Shown here piece by piece: positions 27,409-35,795 of a DNA stretch of 64,000 bases. The notes under the pieces were generated by a model that was not told the origin of the DNA, made no database searches, and saw only the letters and a program-made list of their open reading frames with translations. Source of the DNA: Planctomycetota bacterium (GTDB lineage Bacteria; Planctomycetota; B15-G4). Position 1 is the first letter of the stretch. Each line of letters begins with the position of its first letter. The stretch is from assembly GCA_038212275.1 (NCBI GenBank), contig JBBQUR010000013.1, positions 32,001 to 96,000 of the forward strand, given 5' to 3'. The position numbers and the translations under genes were made by a program.

Positions 27409-27912
27409 TCAGCTCGCCAGTGCGACGCTGTCGCCGCCTCGCGCCACGACGCCGGCGAGGGCACCTTCGGCGCGCTTGAGGACGGCATCGAAGAAGATCG
27501 AGTCGTCGCCGTCCTGAGTGGCAACGCCGACGCTCGCCGAGATGCGGAGATTGCGATCATCGACGCGCACGTCGAGTCCCGCGATGCGATCGTGCAGCCG
27601 TTGCGCCAGGAGCTGCGCGCCCTTGGCATCGGTGTGCGGGAGCACGATGACGAAACGCTCGCCGAGGCGGCCCACGAAGTCGCAGCTGCGCGAATGACGA
27701 TTCAGCAGCTCCGCGACCGTGCTCTCCACCTGGTCGCGCACGGCCGATCCGTGCAGGTCGCCGAGACCGCCCAGGCGATCGATCTCGACCAGCACGCACG
27801 ACAGCTGGTACTGGTACCGGCGAGCCCTGGCGAACTCGATCTTCAAGAGGTGCAGGATCTGCGTGTAGGAAAAGACTCCTGCCTCGCCGCTGTCCCGGTC
27901 CCGTTCGTCCAT
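27409..27912 (-). CDS. Stand-alone degenerate GGDEF-domain protein
   Basis: EFARARRYQYQLSCVLVEID, RSCDFVGRLGERFVIVLP, ISASVGVA; GGAG SD before ATG 27912. Confidence 0.85.
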   Translation of the reverse strand: MDERDRDSGEAGVFSYTQILHLLKIEFARARRYQYQLSCVLVEIDRLGGLGDLHGSAVRDQVESTVAELLNRHSRSCDFVGRLGERFVIVLPHTDAKGAQLLAQRLHDRIAGLDVRVDDRNLRISASVGVATQDGDDSIFFDAVLKRAEGALAGVVARGGDSVALAS

Positions 27913-27982
27913 GTCACTCCCTGGCGCCACCCCGTTCCGGGCATGGCGGAAGCGCGGGAGGATACCGAACGAAGGGGGCCCG

Positions 27983-28022
27983 AAAACAAAGTTGGTCCTG
28001 CCCGTGACCGGGCAGGACCAAC
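27983..28022 (-). terminator. Rho-independent terminator
   Basis: Perfect 14-bp inverted repeat GTTGGTCCTGCCCG / 4-nt loop / CGGGCAGGACCAAC (27991-28022), followed on the minus strand by UUUGUUUU. Confidence 0.85.
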
Positions 28023-28140
28023 ACGTTCCAGTCGGAAGCCCATAGGGCTGGAGATGGCGGTTGGGGAGGGAAAAACTGCTCTAGCCCTACACTCCTCCGA
28101 CTCGGATTCATTCGGAGCCACGCCGACTCGTCCGCGCGGC
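27983..28140 (-). ncRNA. Candidate small RNA or structured leader of about 160 nt
   Basis: Bounded by a minus-strand promoter and terminator; internal long hairpin 28031-28101 with loop UUUUUCCCUCCCCAA; no credible ORF. Confidence 0.6.
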
Positions 28141-28146
28141 AGCCGA

Positions 28147-28175
28147 ATAGTGCCTCCCCCCTCCGCGGCTGTCAA
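28147..28175 (-). promoter_or_regulatory. Sigma70-type promoter driving the candidate small RNA
   Basis: TTGACA (28175-28170), 17-nt spacer, CACTAT (28152-28147). Confidence 0.6.
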
Positions 28176-28381
28176 CTCGCCCACAGGCTGCTGACAGGTT
28201 ATCCACCGTGTCGTCGGCGCCGCATTCCTCAGCTGGGACGGCACAAGCACCTGCTGATCAAGCACTTGCGAATAGTCTGAGAGGGCACCCGTCGTGCGGC
28301 CCCAGCCGCCAGGCCCGACACCGCGGTGAGCCGCTTCGCATCGCGCCGTGCTCGCGGGCCACGGCACCAGCGGACGTCCAG

Positions 28382-29461
28382 TCAGGGGCTGCGGGGTGGT
28401 GCCACCGGCTGGTCGGCAGGTGCGAGCGGCGCCGGCGGGTACGCGCCGCCGGCCGCGGGTGGTGCCGTCGTGGCGGCCGACAGATTGCGCATGTCCTCCA
28501 CGACGGCGAGGAAGTCGGGTCGCTCCCGCAAGCTTGCGAGGTCGCCGTCCTCGAGCATCCAGGCGACGTCCGTGAAGCCGACCGCGTAGGCGGACCGCAA
28601 GTGAGCCAGCGCCTCCTCGGGCCTGTTCGACAACGCGGCGATGCAGGCGAGGTTGTAGTGGGCCCAGCGTGTCTCGCGCATTCCCGGAAGTGCATCGCAG
28701 AGCTTGTGGAACCACTCGCCGGCATGCACGAAATCGTCGAACTGCTGGTAGTGGTAGCCGATGTCGAAGATCACCTGCCGCTTGAAGTTGATCGTGGGCG
28801 AGTAGTCGTTCGGGATGCTCGGATCGAGCAGCATCGCCATGTCGCGGTGGATGTAGTGCTCCATCACGCGGATCTTCTCGAGCACGGCATCCGGTTGGCC
28901 GTCCTTGGCAAGGGCGAAGCGCGCATGCTGGCTGAGGTCGGCGGCACGAACGGCCAGCACGAGCGCTGGATCGTCCGTCGCAAAACGCTCGTTCCAGGCC
29001 TGCAGTTCGATGCCGAACTCCTGCTCCGGCGACAGCAGCAGGGGCGCCAGCGCGGTGGCCAGGGACTCGCCGCTGGCCGCCTCCTGCATCGCCATGACCG
29101 CCATGATGCGCAGGACGTGCTGCATGGACGGCTCGGCGGCGACGGCCGCCAGTTCATCGAAGCGCCCTGCCGTGCTCTTGAACTGCCCGTCGAAGAAACC
29201 CGGCACGCCGCCATCGCGCAATCCGGCTGCCAGCTCGAGAGCCACGGAAGGGATCTCGTCGAGCGGGCCCGGCTGCCGCGCCGTCGTGCCACGCTCCAGA
29301 TACCAGGGCGAGTCCGGCTGACCCGCCCCCGGCGCGCCGGCCGATGGCCCCGGAGCGCCGGAAGCGGGCGCCCCGACCTGCGCAAGGCCAGGCCCCGAGC
29401 CGGCCGCCTGCAGGACCATCGTGAGCATCGACACCACCAGCCGTCGTCGCATCGTGGTCAC
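28382..29461 (-). CDS. Secreted protein with C-terminal TPR domain
   Basis: Signal-like N-terminus; HYNLACIAALSNRPEEALAHL..GF....EDGDLASLR terminal TPR motif. Confidence 0.75.
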   Translation of the reverse strand: MTTMRRRLVVSMLTMVLQAAGSGPGLAQVGAPASGAPGPSAGAPGAGQPDSPWYLERGTTARQPGPLDEIPSVALELAAGLRDGGVPGFFDGQFKSTAGRFDELAAVAAEPSMQHVLRIMAVMAMQEAASGESLATALAPLLLSPEQEFGIELQAWNERFATDDPALVLAVRAADLSQHARFALAKDGQPDAVLEKIRVMEHYIHRDMAMLLDPSIPNDYSPTINFKRQVIFDIGYHYQQFDDFVHAGEWFHKLCDALPGMRETRWAHYNLACIAALSNRPEEALAHLRSAYAVGFTDVAWMLEDGDLASLRERPDFLAVVEDMRNLSAATTAPPAAGGAYPPAPLAPADQPVAPPRSP

Positions 29462-29476
29462 GCCGGACTCCTCACT

Positions 29477-30745
29477 TCAGGGAACGTGCACGCGCAGGTA
29501 GCGCCGCTTGCCCGCCTGCAGCAGATAGCCTGCGCCGCGGGCGAGGCGCTGCTGTTCGTCGACGACGCGCACGCCGTCCACCCGCACGCCGCCATCCTTG
29601 ATGAGCCTGCGCGCTGCGGAGGATGACTCGGCAAGGCCGCCGTGCGTCAGCACGCGCACGATCCACGCGCCCCCTGCCTCCAGCAGCTCCTCGGGCAGCG
29701 TGATCTCCTCGATCACGTCCGGCAGCCCCTTGTCACGGAACATGCGGTCGAACTCGGAGGCGGCGCCGGCGGCCGCATCCTCGCCGTGGAAGCGCTCGAC
29801 GATCGCCGTCGCCAGGGCAGCCTTGGCGTCGCGTGGCGAACCGGCCAGCAGCTCTGCGACACGCCCCGGCGGGAGCTCCGTCGCAAGCGCGAACCACTCG
29901 GGCATCAACGGATCCGGCAGGCTCATCGTCTTGCCGAACATGTCGCGCGGAGCGTCCGTGATCCCGATGCAGTTGCCGAGACTCTTGGACATCTTCGCGC
30001 TGCCGTCGAGACCGGTGAGGATCGGCAGCGTGACGCACACCTGTGCTTCCATGCCCGCCTCGCGCATGAGGTCGCGCCCCACGAGCAGGTTGAAGGTCTG
30101 ATCGGTCCCGCCGATCTCGATGTCTGCGCGCACCTCGACCGAATCCTTCGCCTGCATGAGCGGGTAGAGCAGCTCGTGGATGCCGACGGGGATGCCCGCC
30201 TTCATGCGCTCCGCGAAGGTGTCGCGTTCGAGCATGCGCGCCACCGTCATCCAGGAGCCGAGCTTGATCGCATCCATGAACGTCATGCTGGAGAACCAGG
30301 CGTTGTTGTAGACGACCTCGACTCCGTCCATGTCGAGCAGCAGGCGGGCCTGCTCGAAGTAGGTCCGCGCGTTCTGGGCCACCTGTTCGGCGCTGAGCTG
30401 CGGGCGCGTGAGGTTCTTGCCGGACGGATCGCCGACCCGCGCCGTCGCGTCGCCGATGATGAGCACCGGCACGTGCCCGAGTCGCTGCAGGCGGCGCAGG
30501 TAGCGGAGCTGCACCGCGTGCCCGATGTGAAGATCCGGCGAGGACGGGTCCACGCCCAGCTTCACGCGCAACGGCCGGCCGAGCGCAAGCTTGGCCTGCA
30601 GGTCCTCGCGCGTGTTGCAGGCCACCGTGCCCTGCAGGATCTCCTGGACGGCGGACTCCACGGCCTCCGCGCGCCGCACACCGGCGGCCCCCGCGGCCCC
30701 GGCGGCCCCGGCGGCACCCGCGGCATCCGCGGCATCCGGATTCAG
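29477..30745 (-). CDS. tyrS: Tyrosine--tRNA ligase
   Basis: KLGVDPSSPDLHIGH, GDPSGK, YPLMQ, GGTDQ, KMSKS, C-terminal S4 domain; start uncertain (CTG 30745 or GTG 30679). Confidence 0.95.
   Translation of the reverse strand: MNPDAADAAGAAGAAGAAGAAGVRRAEAVESAVQEILQGTVACNTREDLQAKLALGRPLRVKLGVDPSSPDLHIGHAVQLRYLRRLQRLGHVPVLIIGDATARVGDPSGKNLTRPQLSAEQVAQNARTYFEQARLLLDMDGVEVVYNNAWFSSMTFMDAIKLGSWMTVARMLERDTFAERMKAGIPVGIHELLYPLMQAKDSVEVRADIEIGGTDQTFNLLVGRDLMREAGMEAQVCVTLPILTGLDGSAKMSKSLGNCIGITDAPRDMFGKTMSLPDPLMPEWFALATELPPGRVAELLAGSPRDAKAALATAIVERFHGEDAAAGAASEFDRMFRDKGLPDVIEEITLPEELLEAGGAWIVRVLTHGGLAESSSAARRLIKDGGVRVDGVRVVDEQQRLARGAGYLLQAGKRRYLRVHVP
30681..30736. repeat. Imperfect 9-bp tandem repeat, about 6 units, at the tyrS 5' end
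   Basis: Units ccggcggcc/cccgcggcc/ccggcggcc/ccggcggca/cccgcggca/tccgcggca; encodes DAADAAGAAGAAGAAG in the tyrS frame. Confidence 0.8.
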
Positions 30746-31641
30746 AGGCCGCCCTCCGTCGGAGCGGCCGGCGCCGTGGGATGGCTCGGCGCCGCCTGAC
30801 GCCGGTCGTTCGCTGCTGCGCGTGCCTTCCACCAGGTGCTCCAGCGGTAGATGTCGCGACCGTGCGTTTCGCCGGTCAGGTAGAGGAGAGCCGCGAACAC
30901 TGCGCCCCGCGCCGGCTCCGGCGTCGCGGGCAGCGCCTCGATGAGCGTGGCGAGAGTCCCCTCGCGACGATCCGCCGGCGCGCTGGCGGCGCTCAGGAAG
31001 ATACCCGGCACGGACAGCGATTGCAGGTGCTGCGCCAACGTTCCGGGCGGCACCTCGGCAAGGCTCTCGAGCGTCACCACGGGCAGCGGGAGCAGCGTGC
31101 CGCCGGTGTGGCACGTCTCCTGACGCAGGTCGATGCCGATGATGCGTGCGCGGACGACGACTCGCCGGGCCAGCACTTTCTCGGCGGGCGGCAAGCTCAC
31201 GACGCTTTCCACCACGAGCGGCGCACCCGCCTGCGCGACGCCGGACTTCACGAACGGCACGATGAATCGTTCCGAGTGGCCGAGACTGCGCGGCTCTGCG
31301 CCCTCGAAGTCGGTCCAGGTCACGTCGAGATCCAGCACGCTGGCCTCGTCCGGAGTCGTGGGGTCGCTGCGGATGCCGACCACCTCGACCGGCAGCACTT
31401 CCGTGGTGGACAGGGTCACGCGAGTGGCGAGCCGCACGGCCGGACCACCGTCCAGCGCCGCGAGCTGGATGCGGGCGGACACGGGGACAGCCACAAGAGG
31501 CAGGACCACCGCAGGCGGCGGCGACTCGCAGGCCAGCGCCGTGAGCGCCATCGCGAGACAGGCCGCCGACACGCGCCGTCCGGCGATCGCGGACAGGGCC
31601 GCGATCGCCGGGCGTGCGCCTGGATCAGCCGCTGGCGCCAT
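30742..31641 (-). CDS. Hypothetical lipoprotein
   Basis: Signal segment ending LTALAC; C-terminal ALLYLTGETHG....WSTWW motif; lies between rpsA and tyrS on the same strand. Confidence 0.6.
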   Translation of the reverse strand: MAPAADPGARPAIAALSAIAGRRVSAACLAMALTALACESPPPAVVLPLVAVPVSARIQLAALDGGPAVRLATRVTLSTTEVLPVEVVGIRSDPTTPDEASVLDLDVTWTDFEGAEPRSLGHSERFIVPFVKSGVAQAGAPLVVESVVSLPPAEKVLARRVVVRARIIGIDLRQETCHTGGTLLPLPVVTLESLAEVPPGTLAQHLQSLSVPGIFLSAASAPADRREGTLATLIEALPATPEPARGAVFAALLYLTGETHGRDIYRWSTWWKARAAANDRRQAAPSHPTAPAAPTEGGL

Positions 31642-33403
31642 CGTCGGCAGCGCCCGACGTCTGTCCTTCGGCGGCCTCGCCCTCACCGGCCTCGCCGCCG
31701 CTGACCTCCGCCGTCTCCGGCTCGTCCTTCGGCGGGTTGGGGTCCGTGAGGTAGCTGTGCTGCGGCACGCCGAGCATCGAGAGGCCGATCTTGCGCTCCT
31801 CGGTGTCGACCTTGAGCACGCGCACGTCCACGAGCTGGCCGATCTTCACGACCTCCTCGGGCGACTCGACCTTGCGGTCCGTGAGCTCCGAGATGTGCAG
31901 CAGGCCTTCGAGGCCGTCTTCCAGCGAGACGAACACGCCGAAGTTGGTGACCTTGGTCACGCGGCCGGCCACGATGTCGCCCGGGCCGTAACGGCGCGGG
32001 ATCTCGTCCTGCCACGGGTCCTGCTCGAGCTGCTTCATGCCCAGCGCGACGCGACGCTTCTCGGTGTCGACCGAGAGCACGACCGCGCGCACGAGGTCGC
32101 CCTTCTTGAGCACCTCCGACGGATGCGTGACCTTCTTGGTCCAGCTCATGTCGGAGACGTGCAGCAGGCCGTCGATGCCCTCCTCGATCTCGACGAAGGC
32201 GCCGTAGCTCGTGAGGTTGCGCACCACGCCCTCGATGATCGTGCCGACCGGGTAGCGGTCCTCGACCTCGGTCCAGGGGTTGGTCTCGGTCTGCTTCATG
32301 CCGAGCGAGATCTCCTGCTTCTCCTGGTTGATGTCGAGCACGACGACATCCACGCCGTCGCCGATCTGCACCAGGTCGGACGGATGGCTGATGCGCCGCG
32401 TCCAGCTCATCTCGGAGATGTGCACGAGGCCCTCGATGCCGTCTTCCAGCTTCACGAAGGCGCCGTACGGCATGATGTTGACCACTTCGCCCTTGACCTT
32501 GCTGCCGATCGGATACTTCTTCTCGACCTCGGCCCACGGCGACTGCTCGAGCTGCTTGAGACCGAGCGCGATGCGGTTGCGCTCCTTGTCGTAGCGCAGC
32601 ACCTTGACCTCGAGCTCCTGCTCCAGGTGCACCACTTCGCTGGGGTGATTCACGCGGCCCCAGCTCATGTCGGTGATGTGCAGCAGGCCGTCCACGCCGC
32701 CGATGTCGAGGAAGGCGCCGAAGTCGGCGATGTTCTTGACCGTGCCCTTGCGGATCTGGCCTTCCTGCAGCGTGGCGAGCAGCTCGTCGCGCAGCGCGTT
32801 GCGGCGCTCCTCGAGCAGCTTGCGGCGGCTGACCACGATGTTCATGCGCTCGCGGTCGATCTTGATGATCTTGCACTCGAGATCGCGCTCGATGTAGATG
32901 CCCACGTCGGGCACGCGGCGGATGTCGATCTGGCTGGCAGGCAGGAACACGGACACGCCGCCGACGTCGAGCAGCAGGCCGCCCTTGATCTTGCGCGTGG
33001 CGCGGCCCTTGATGATGTCGCCCTCGCCGTGGCTCTGGACGATCTTCTCCCAGCCGCGCATGCGCTCGGCGCGACGCTTGGAGAGGAGCAGCAGGCCCGT
33101 GGCCTCGTCGATGCCCTCCATGAGGACTTCGATGATCGTGCCCGGGACGGGCGCGGCGCCCTCGTCGAATTCGAAGAGCGGGACGACGCCCTCGCTCTTG
33201 TAGCCGATGTCGACCATCACGTCGTCGTTGACGACGCGCAGGATCGTGCCTGCGATGAGTGCGTTGGGCGCGAAGTCGCGCACCGAACCGTCGTACAGCT
33301 CCGCGACCTGCGCGGTGCCGAGACTGCCCATGGCCTGCGCCACGGCGAGGTCGAGATCGCTCTCGGGAAGCGAGAAGCGCTTGAGGAGTTCCTTGTTGCT
33401 CAT
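31625..33403 (-). CDS. rpsA: 30S ribosomal protein S1
   Basis: Six S1 repeats (DIGYKSEG, FLPASQID, DGLLHITDMSW, EGLVHISEMSW, ...); start ATG 33403; TATGAT -10 box at 33583-33588 gives a long leader. Confidence 0.97.
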   Translation of the reverse strand: MSNKELLKRFSLPESDLDLAVAQAMGSLGTAQVAELYDGSVRDFAPNALIAGTILRVVNDDVMVDIGYKSEGVVPLFEFDEGAAPVPGTIIEVLMEGIDEATGLLLLSKRRAERMRGWEKIVQSHGEGDIIKGRATRKIKGGLLLDVGGVSVFLPASQIDIRRVPDVGIYIERDLECKIIKIDRERMNIVVSRRKLLEERRNALRDELLATLQEGQIRKGTVKNIADFGAFLDIGGVDGLLHITDMSWGRVNHPSEVVHLEQELEVKVLRYDKERNRIALGLKQLEQSPWAEVEKKYPIGSKVKGEVVNIMPYGAFVKLEDGIEGLVHISEMSWTRRISHPSDLVQIGDGVDVVVLDINQEKQEISLGMKQTETNPWTEVEDRYPVGTIIEGVVRNLTSYGAFVEIEEGIDGLLHVSDMSWTKKVTHPSEVLKKGDLVRAVVLSVDTEKRRVALGMKQLEQDPWQDEIPRRYGPGDIVAGRVTKVTNFGVFVSLEDGLEGLLHISELTDRKVESPEEVVKIGQLVDVRVLKVDTEERKIGLSMLGVPQHSYLTDPNPPKDEPETAEVSGGEAGEGEAAEGQTSGAADDGASG

Positions 33404-33670
33404 GCCTGTGAAACGTTCCGTGACCGGCCCCGGCGTGCAACGTCGGCGCGGGAGTGTCCCGCACGTGGCTGACCGGGGTTCAAGTGAGGAGAGCGGGGCT
33501 CCGGCCCGCGGTCGGGCAAGGGCACGCCGGGCGTGCGTCGTCCATGCGGCGCAAGTCCAGAGGCCCGTGCAAAGGGGTCCGATCATAGCGGTCGGCCCCT
33601 GCCCGGCGAAAGCCCCGCCGGGCGCGTGAGGGCAGCCTTCCGTGCCGGGCCGCGTCGCGGCAGGCGACGC

Positions 33671-35122
33671 TCAGCCGCGCACGATCCCGATCAGGCGCTC
33701 CAGCACCTGCTCGAAGGAAAGGTCCGTGGTGTCCAGCAGCAGCGCGCCGTCGGCACGCCGCAACGGAGCGTGTTCACGGGAACTGTCGGCCCGATCGCGC
33801 GCCGCGAGGGCCGCGGCCACGGCCTTGCTGTCGGCGCCTTCGTCTCCGGACTGCGCCACGCGCCGCGCCGCCCGCACGGCAGGGTCGGCATCCAGATAGA
33901 CACGGACCTCCGCCTCGGGAAAGACCACGCTGGCCATGTCGCGCCCCTCGGCGACGACCCCCAGCGCCCCGACCGCGAAGCGGCGTTGCAGCGGCAGCAG
34001 CGCCGCGCGGACCGCCTTGTCCGCCGACATCGGGCTCACGTGCAGGGACACCTCCGTGGAACGCAGCACGCTCTCCGGCACCCTTGAGCCGTCGACAAGC
34101 ACGCCTCCGTCGGGATCGAGGCGGAGGTCGAGGCCGGCGACCAGCGCCGCCACACCCGGATCGTGCGGCCGGAGTCCGGCGGCGAGCGCGCGTGCAGTGA
34201 CGGCCCGATACAGCGCGCCGGAGTCCAGGTGCCGGAAGCCCAGCCGCTGCGCCAGCGCGCGGCTCACCGAAGACTTGCCGCTGCCGGCCGGCCCGTCGAT
34301 CGCGACGACGAGTCCTCGCGCCGGATGCGCGGGATGCGCGAAGCGCGCATCGTGCCGCACGAGCGACAATTGACCGTCGGCAAAGCGCGCGTGGCAGCCG
34401 CTGCGCTCGAAATCCGACATGACGAGGAGTCGCGCGGTGCGCCCCTCCATCGGAAAGGTCGTGTCGCGCGCCGTGTGCACGTGACCACAGAGGATGACGT
34501 CCAGCCCCGTGGCCAGTTCCTCTTGCACGGCGCGATCCACGATGCCCATCTGCACGGAGGTCTTCGCAGCGGTCGCGTGCCGCGAGGCATCGAGCAGCGC
34601 GGCGGCCAGGCCGCGCTGAGCGGTCGCCGGCAGCGCCATGAAAGCGGCGCGTACGGGCGGCGCCCGCAGCACGGCGTGCAATCTGTGGTAGCCCACGTCG
34701 TTGACGCAGTAGCGGTCTCCGTGCACCAGCCGCACGCGCAGCCCTCCCAGCGCGACGTCGATTCCGTCGGTGCAGACCTCGACACCCAGGGCGCGTTCCA
34801 GGTCGGCGCCCATGAGGAAGTCGTGATTGCCGTGCACGAGGGTGACGCGCACGCCGGCGCCCACGGCATCACCGAGGGCCGTGAGGAACGGCGCCAGCCC
34901 CGGATCGTCCACGGAACGCGGGCCCATCCAGGCGCGGAAGATGTCGCCGAGCAGGAAGAGCGCGTCGGCGCCGTCCTCGCGCGCGGCAGCCACCAGCCGG
35001 CAGGCGCGCTCCACGCCCGCCGGGTCGGCGCCCTCCAGGTGCATGTCGGACGCGAACCACGCGCGGCGCACGGGGCGTGCGCGAAGGGTCGAACTGCGGG
35101 CGGCGTTGAGCGGTGCGTGCAT
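33671..35122 (-). CDS. cmk: Fusion of an LpxH-like UDP-2,3-diacylglucosamine diphosphatase (metallophosphoesterase) and cytidylate kinase
   Basis: N-half SDMHL, LGDIF, GNHDF, HGD, GHVH; C-half AIDGPAGSGKS, LDSGALYR, EGRDMASVVFP, RDRADSSR; one continuous frame. Confidence 0.88.
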   Translation of the reverse strand: MHAPLNAARSSTLRARPVRRAWFASDMHLEGADPAGVERACRLVAAAREDGADALFLLGDIFRAWMGPRSVDDPGLAPFLTALGDAVGAGVRVTLVHGNHDFLMGADLERALGVEVCTDGIDVALGGLRVRLVHGDRYCVNDVGYHRLHAVLRAPPVRAAFMALPATAQRGLAAALLDASRHATAAKTSVQMGIVDRAVQEELATGLDVILCGHVHTARDTTFPMEGRTARLLVMSDFERSGCHARFADGQLSLVRHDARFAHPAHPARGLVVAIDGPAGSGKSSVSRALAQRLGFRHLDSGALYRAVTARALAAGLRPHDPGVAALVAGLDLRLDPDGGVLVDGSRVPESVLRSTEVSLHVSPMSADKAVRAALLPLQRRFAVGALGVVAEGRDMASVVFPEAEVRVYLDADPAVRAARRVAQSGDEGADSKAVAAALAARDRADSSREHAPLRRADGALLLDTTDLSFEQVLERLIGIVRG

Positions 35123-35192
35123 CGAGCGTGTCCGGTGACGGGCCTGCACATCTTGATTGGGGCGCGCCGCAGGCATCAAGTAAACTCCCGCC

Positions 35193-35795
35193 GTGACCGA
35201 CTCCCACGCTGGCCATCCCGACCTGACCGCGCTCGTCGCGCAGGCCTTTGCCGGACACCGACAGGTGTTCGAGGCCTCCATGGCCGGACTGCCCGCCGCC
35301 GTCGAGGCCGCAGCGCGCCTGCTCATCGCGTCTTACCGCGCCGGCGGCAAGGCCGTGCTCTTCGGCAATGGCGGCAGCATGACCGACGCCCTGCACGTCG
35401 AGGGCGAACTGGTCGGGCGTTTCGCTTTCGACCGGCCGGGCCTGCCGGCCGTGGCGCTGGCAGGCAGTTCGGCCCTGACCGCCATCGCCAACGACTACAG
35501 CTACCAGGACGTCTTCCTGCGCATGCTCGCCGCGCACGCACGTCCCGGCGACGTCGCCATCGGCTTCTCGACCAGCGGAAACTCGGAGAACGTGGTGCGC
35601 GCCCTGAGCCGCGCACGCGAACTCGGATGCCGGACGATCGCCTTCACCGGCGAGGCCGGCGGTCGCTGTGCGCCACTCGCCGACGTGTGCATCGCGGTGC
35701 CGAGCCGCCACACGCCGCGCGTCCAGGAGATGCACATCCTCGCCGCGCACACCTTGTGCGAGCTGGTCGAGGTCGCCATGTTCCCGCGCCCGTGA
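35193..35795 (+). CDS. gmhA: D-sedoheptulose-7-phosphate isomerase
   Basis: GNGGS, TAIANDY, STSGNSENV, QEMHI; TAAACT -10 box 6 nt upstream. Confidence 0.92.
   Translation: MTDSHAGHPDLTALVAQAFAGHRQVFEASMAGLPAAVEAAARLLIASYRAGGKAVLFGNGGSMTDALHVEGELVGRFAFDRPGLPAVALAGSSALTAIANDYSYQDVFLRMLAAHARPGDVAIGFSTSGNSENVVRALSRARELGCRTIAFTGEAGGRCAPLADVCIAVPSRHTPRVQEMHILAAHTLCELVEVAMFPRP

Noticed and set aside
27983..28140. Assigning the structured RNA as a c-di-GMP riboswitch, 6S RNA or tRNA
   Set aside because: No GNRA/receptor or GCAAA core of c-di-GMP-I, no convincing 5'-3' closing stem with central bubble, and no cloverleaf or TTC loop seen by eye; left unassigned pending a covariance-model search.
28190..28380. 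Replication origin
   Set aside because: Only one imperfect DnaA box, no AT-rich unwinding element, and no dnaA, dnaN or parAB nearby.
31133..33472. 779-aa plus-strand ORF and other long antisense or Arg/Pro-rich ORFs across the window
   Set aside because: Shadow frames of well-supported genes (here rpsA) with no recognisable motifs.
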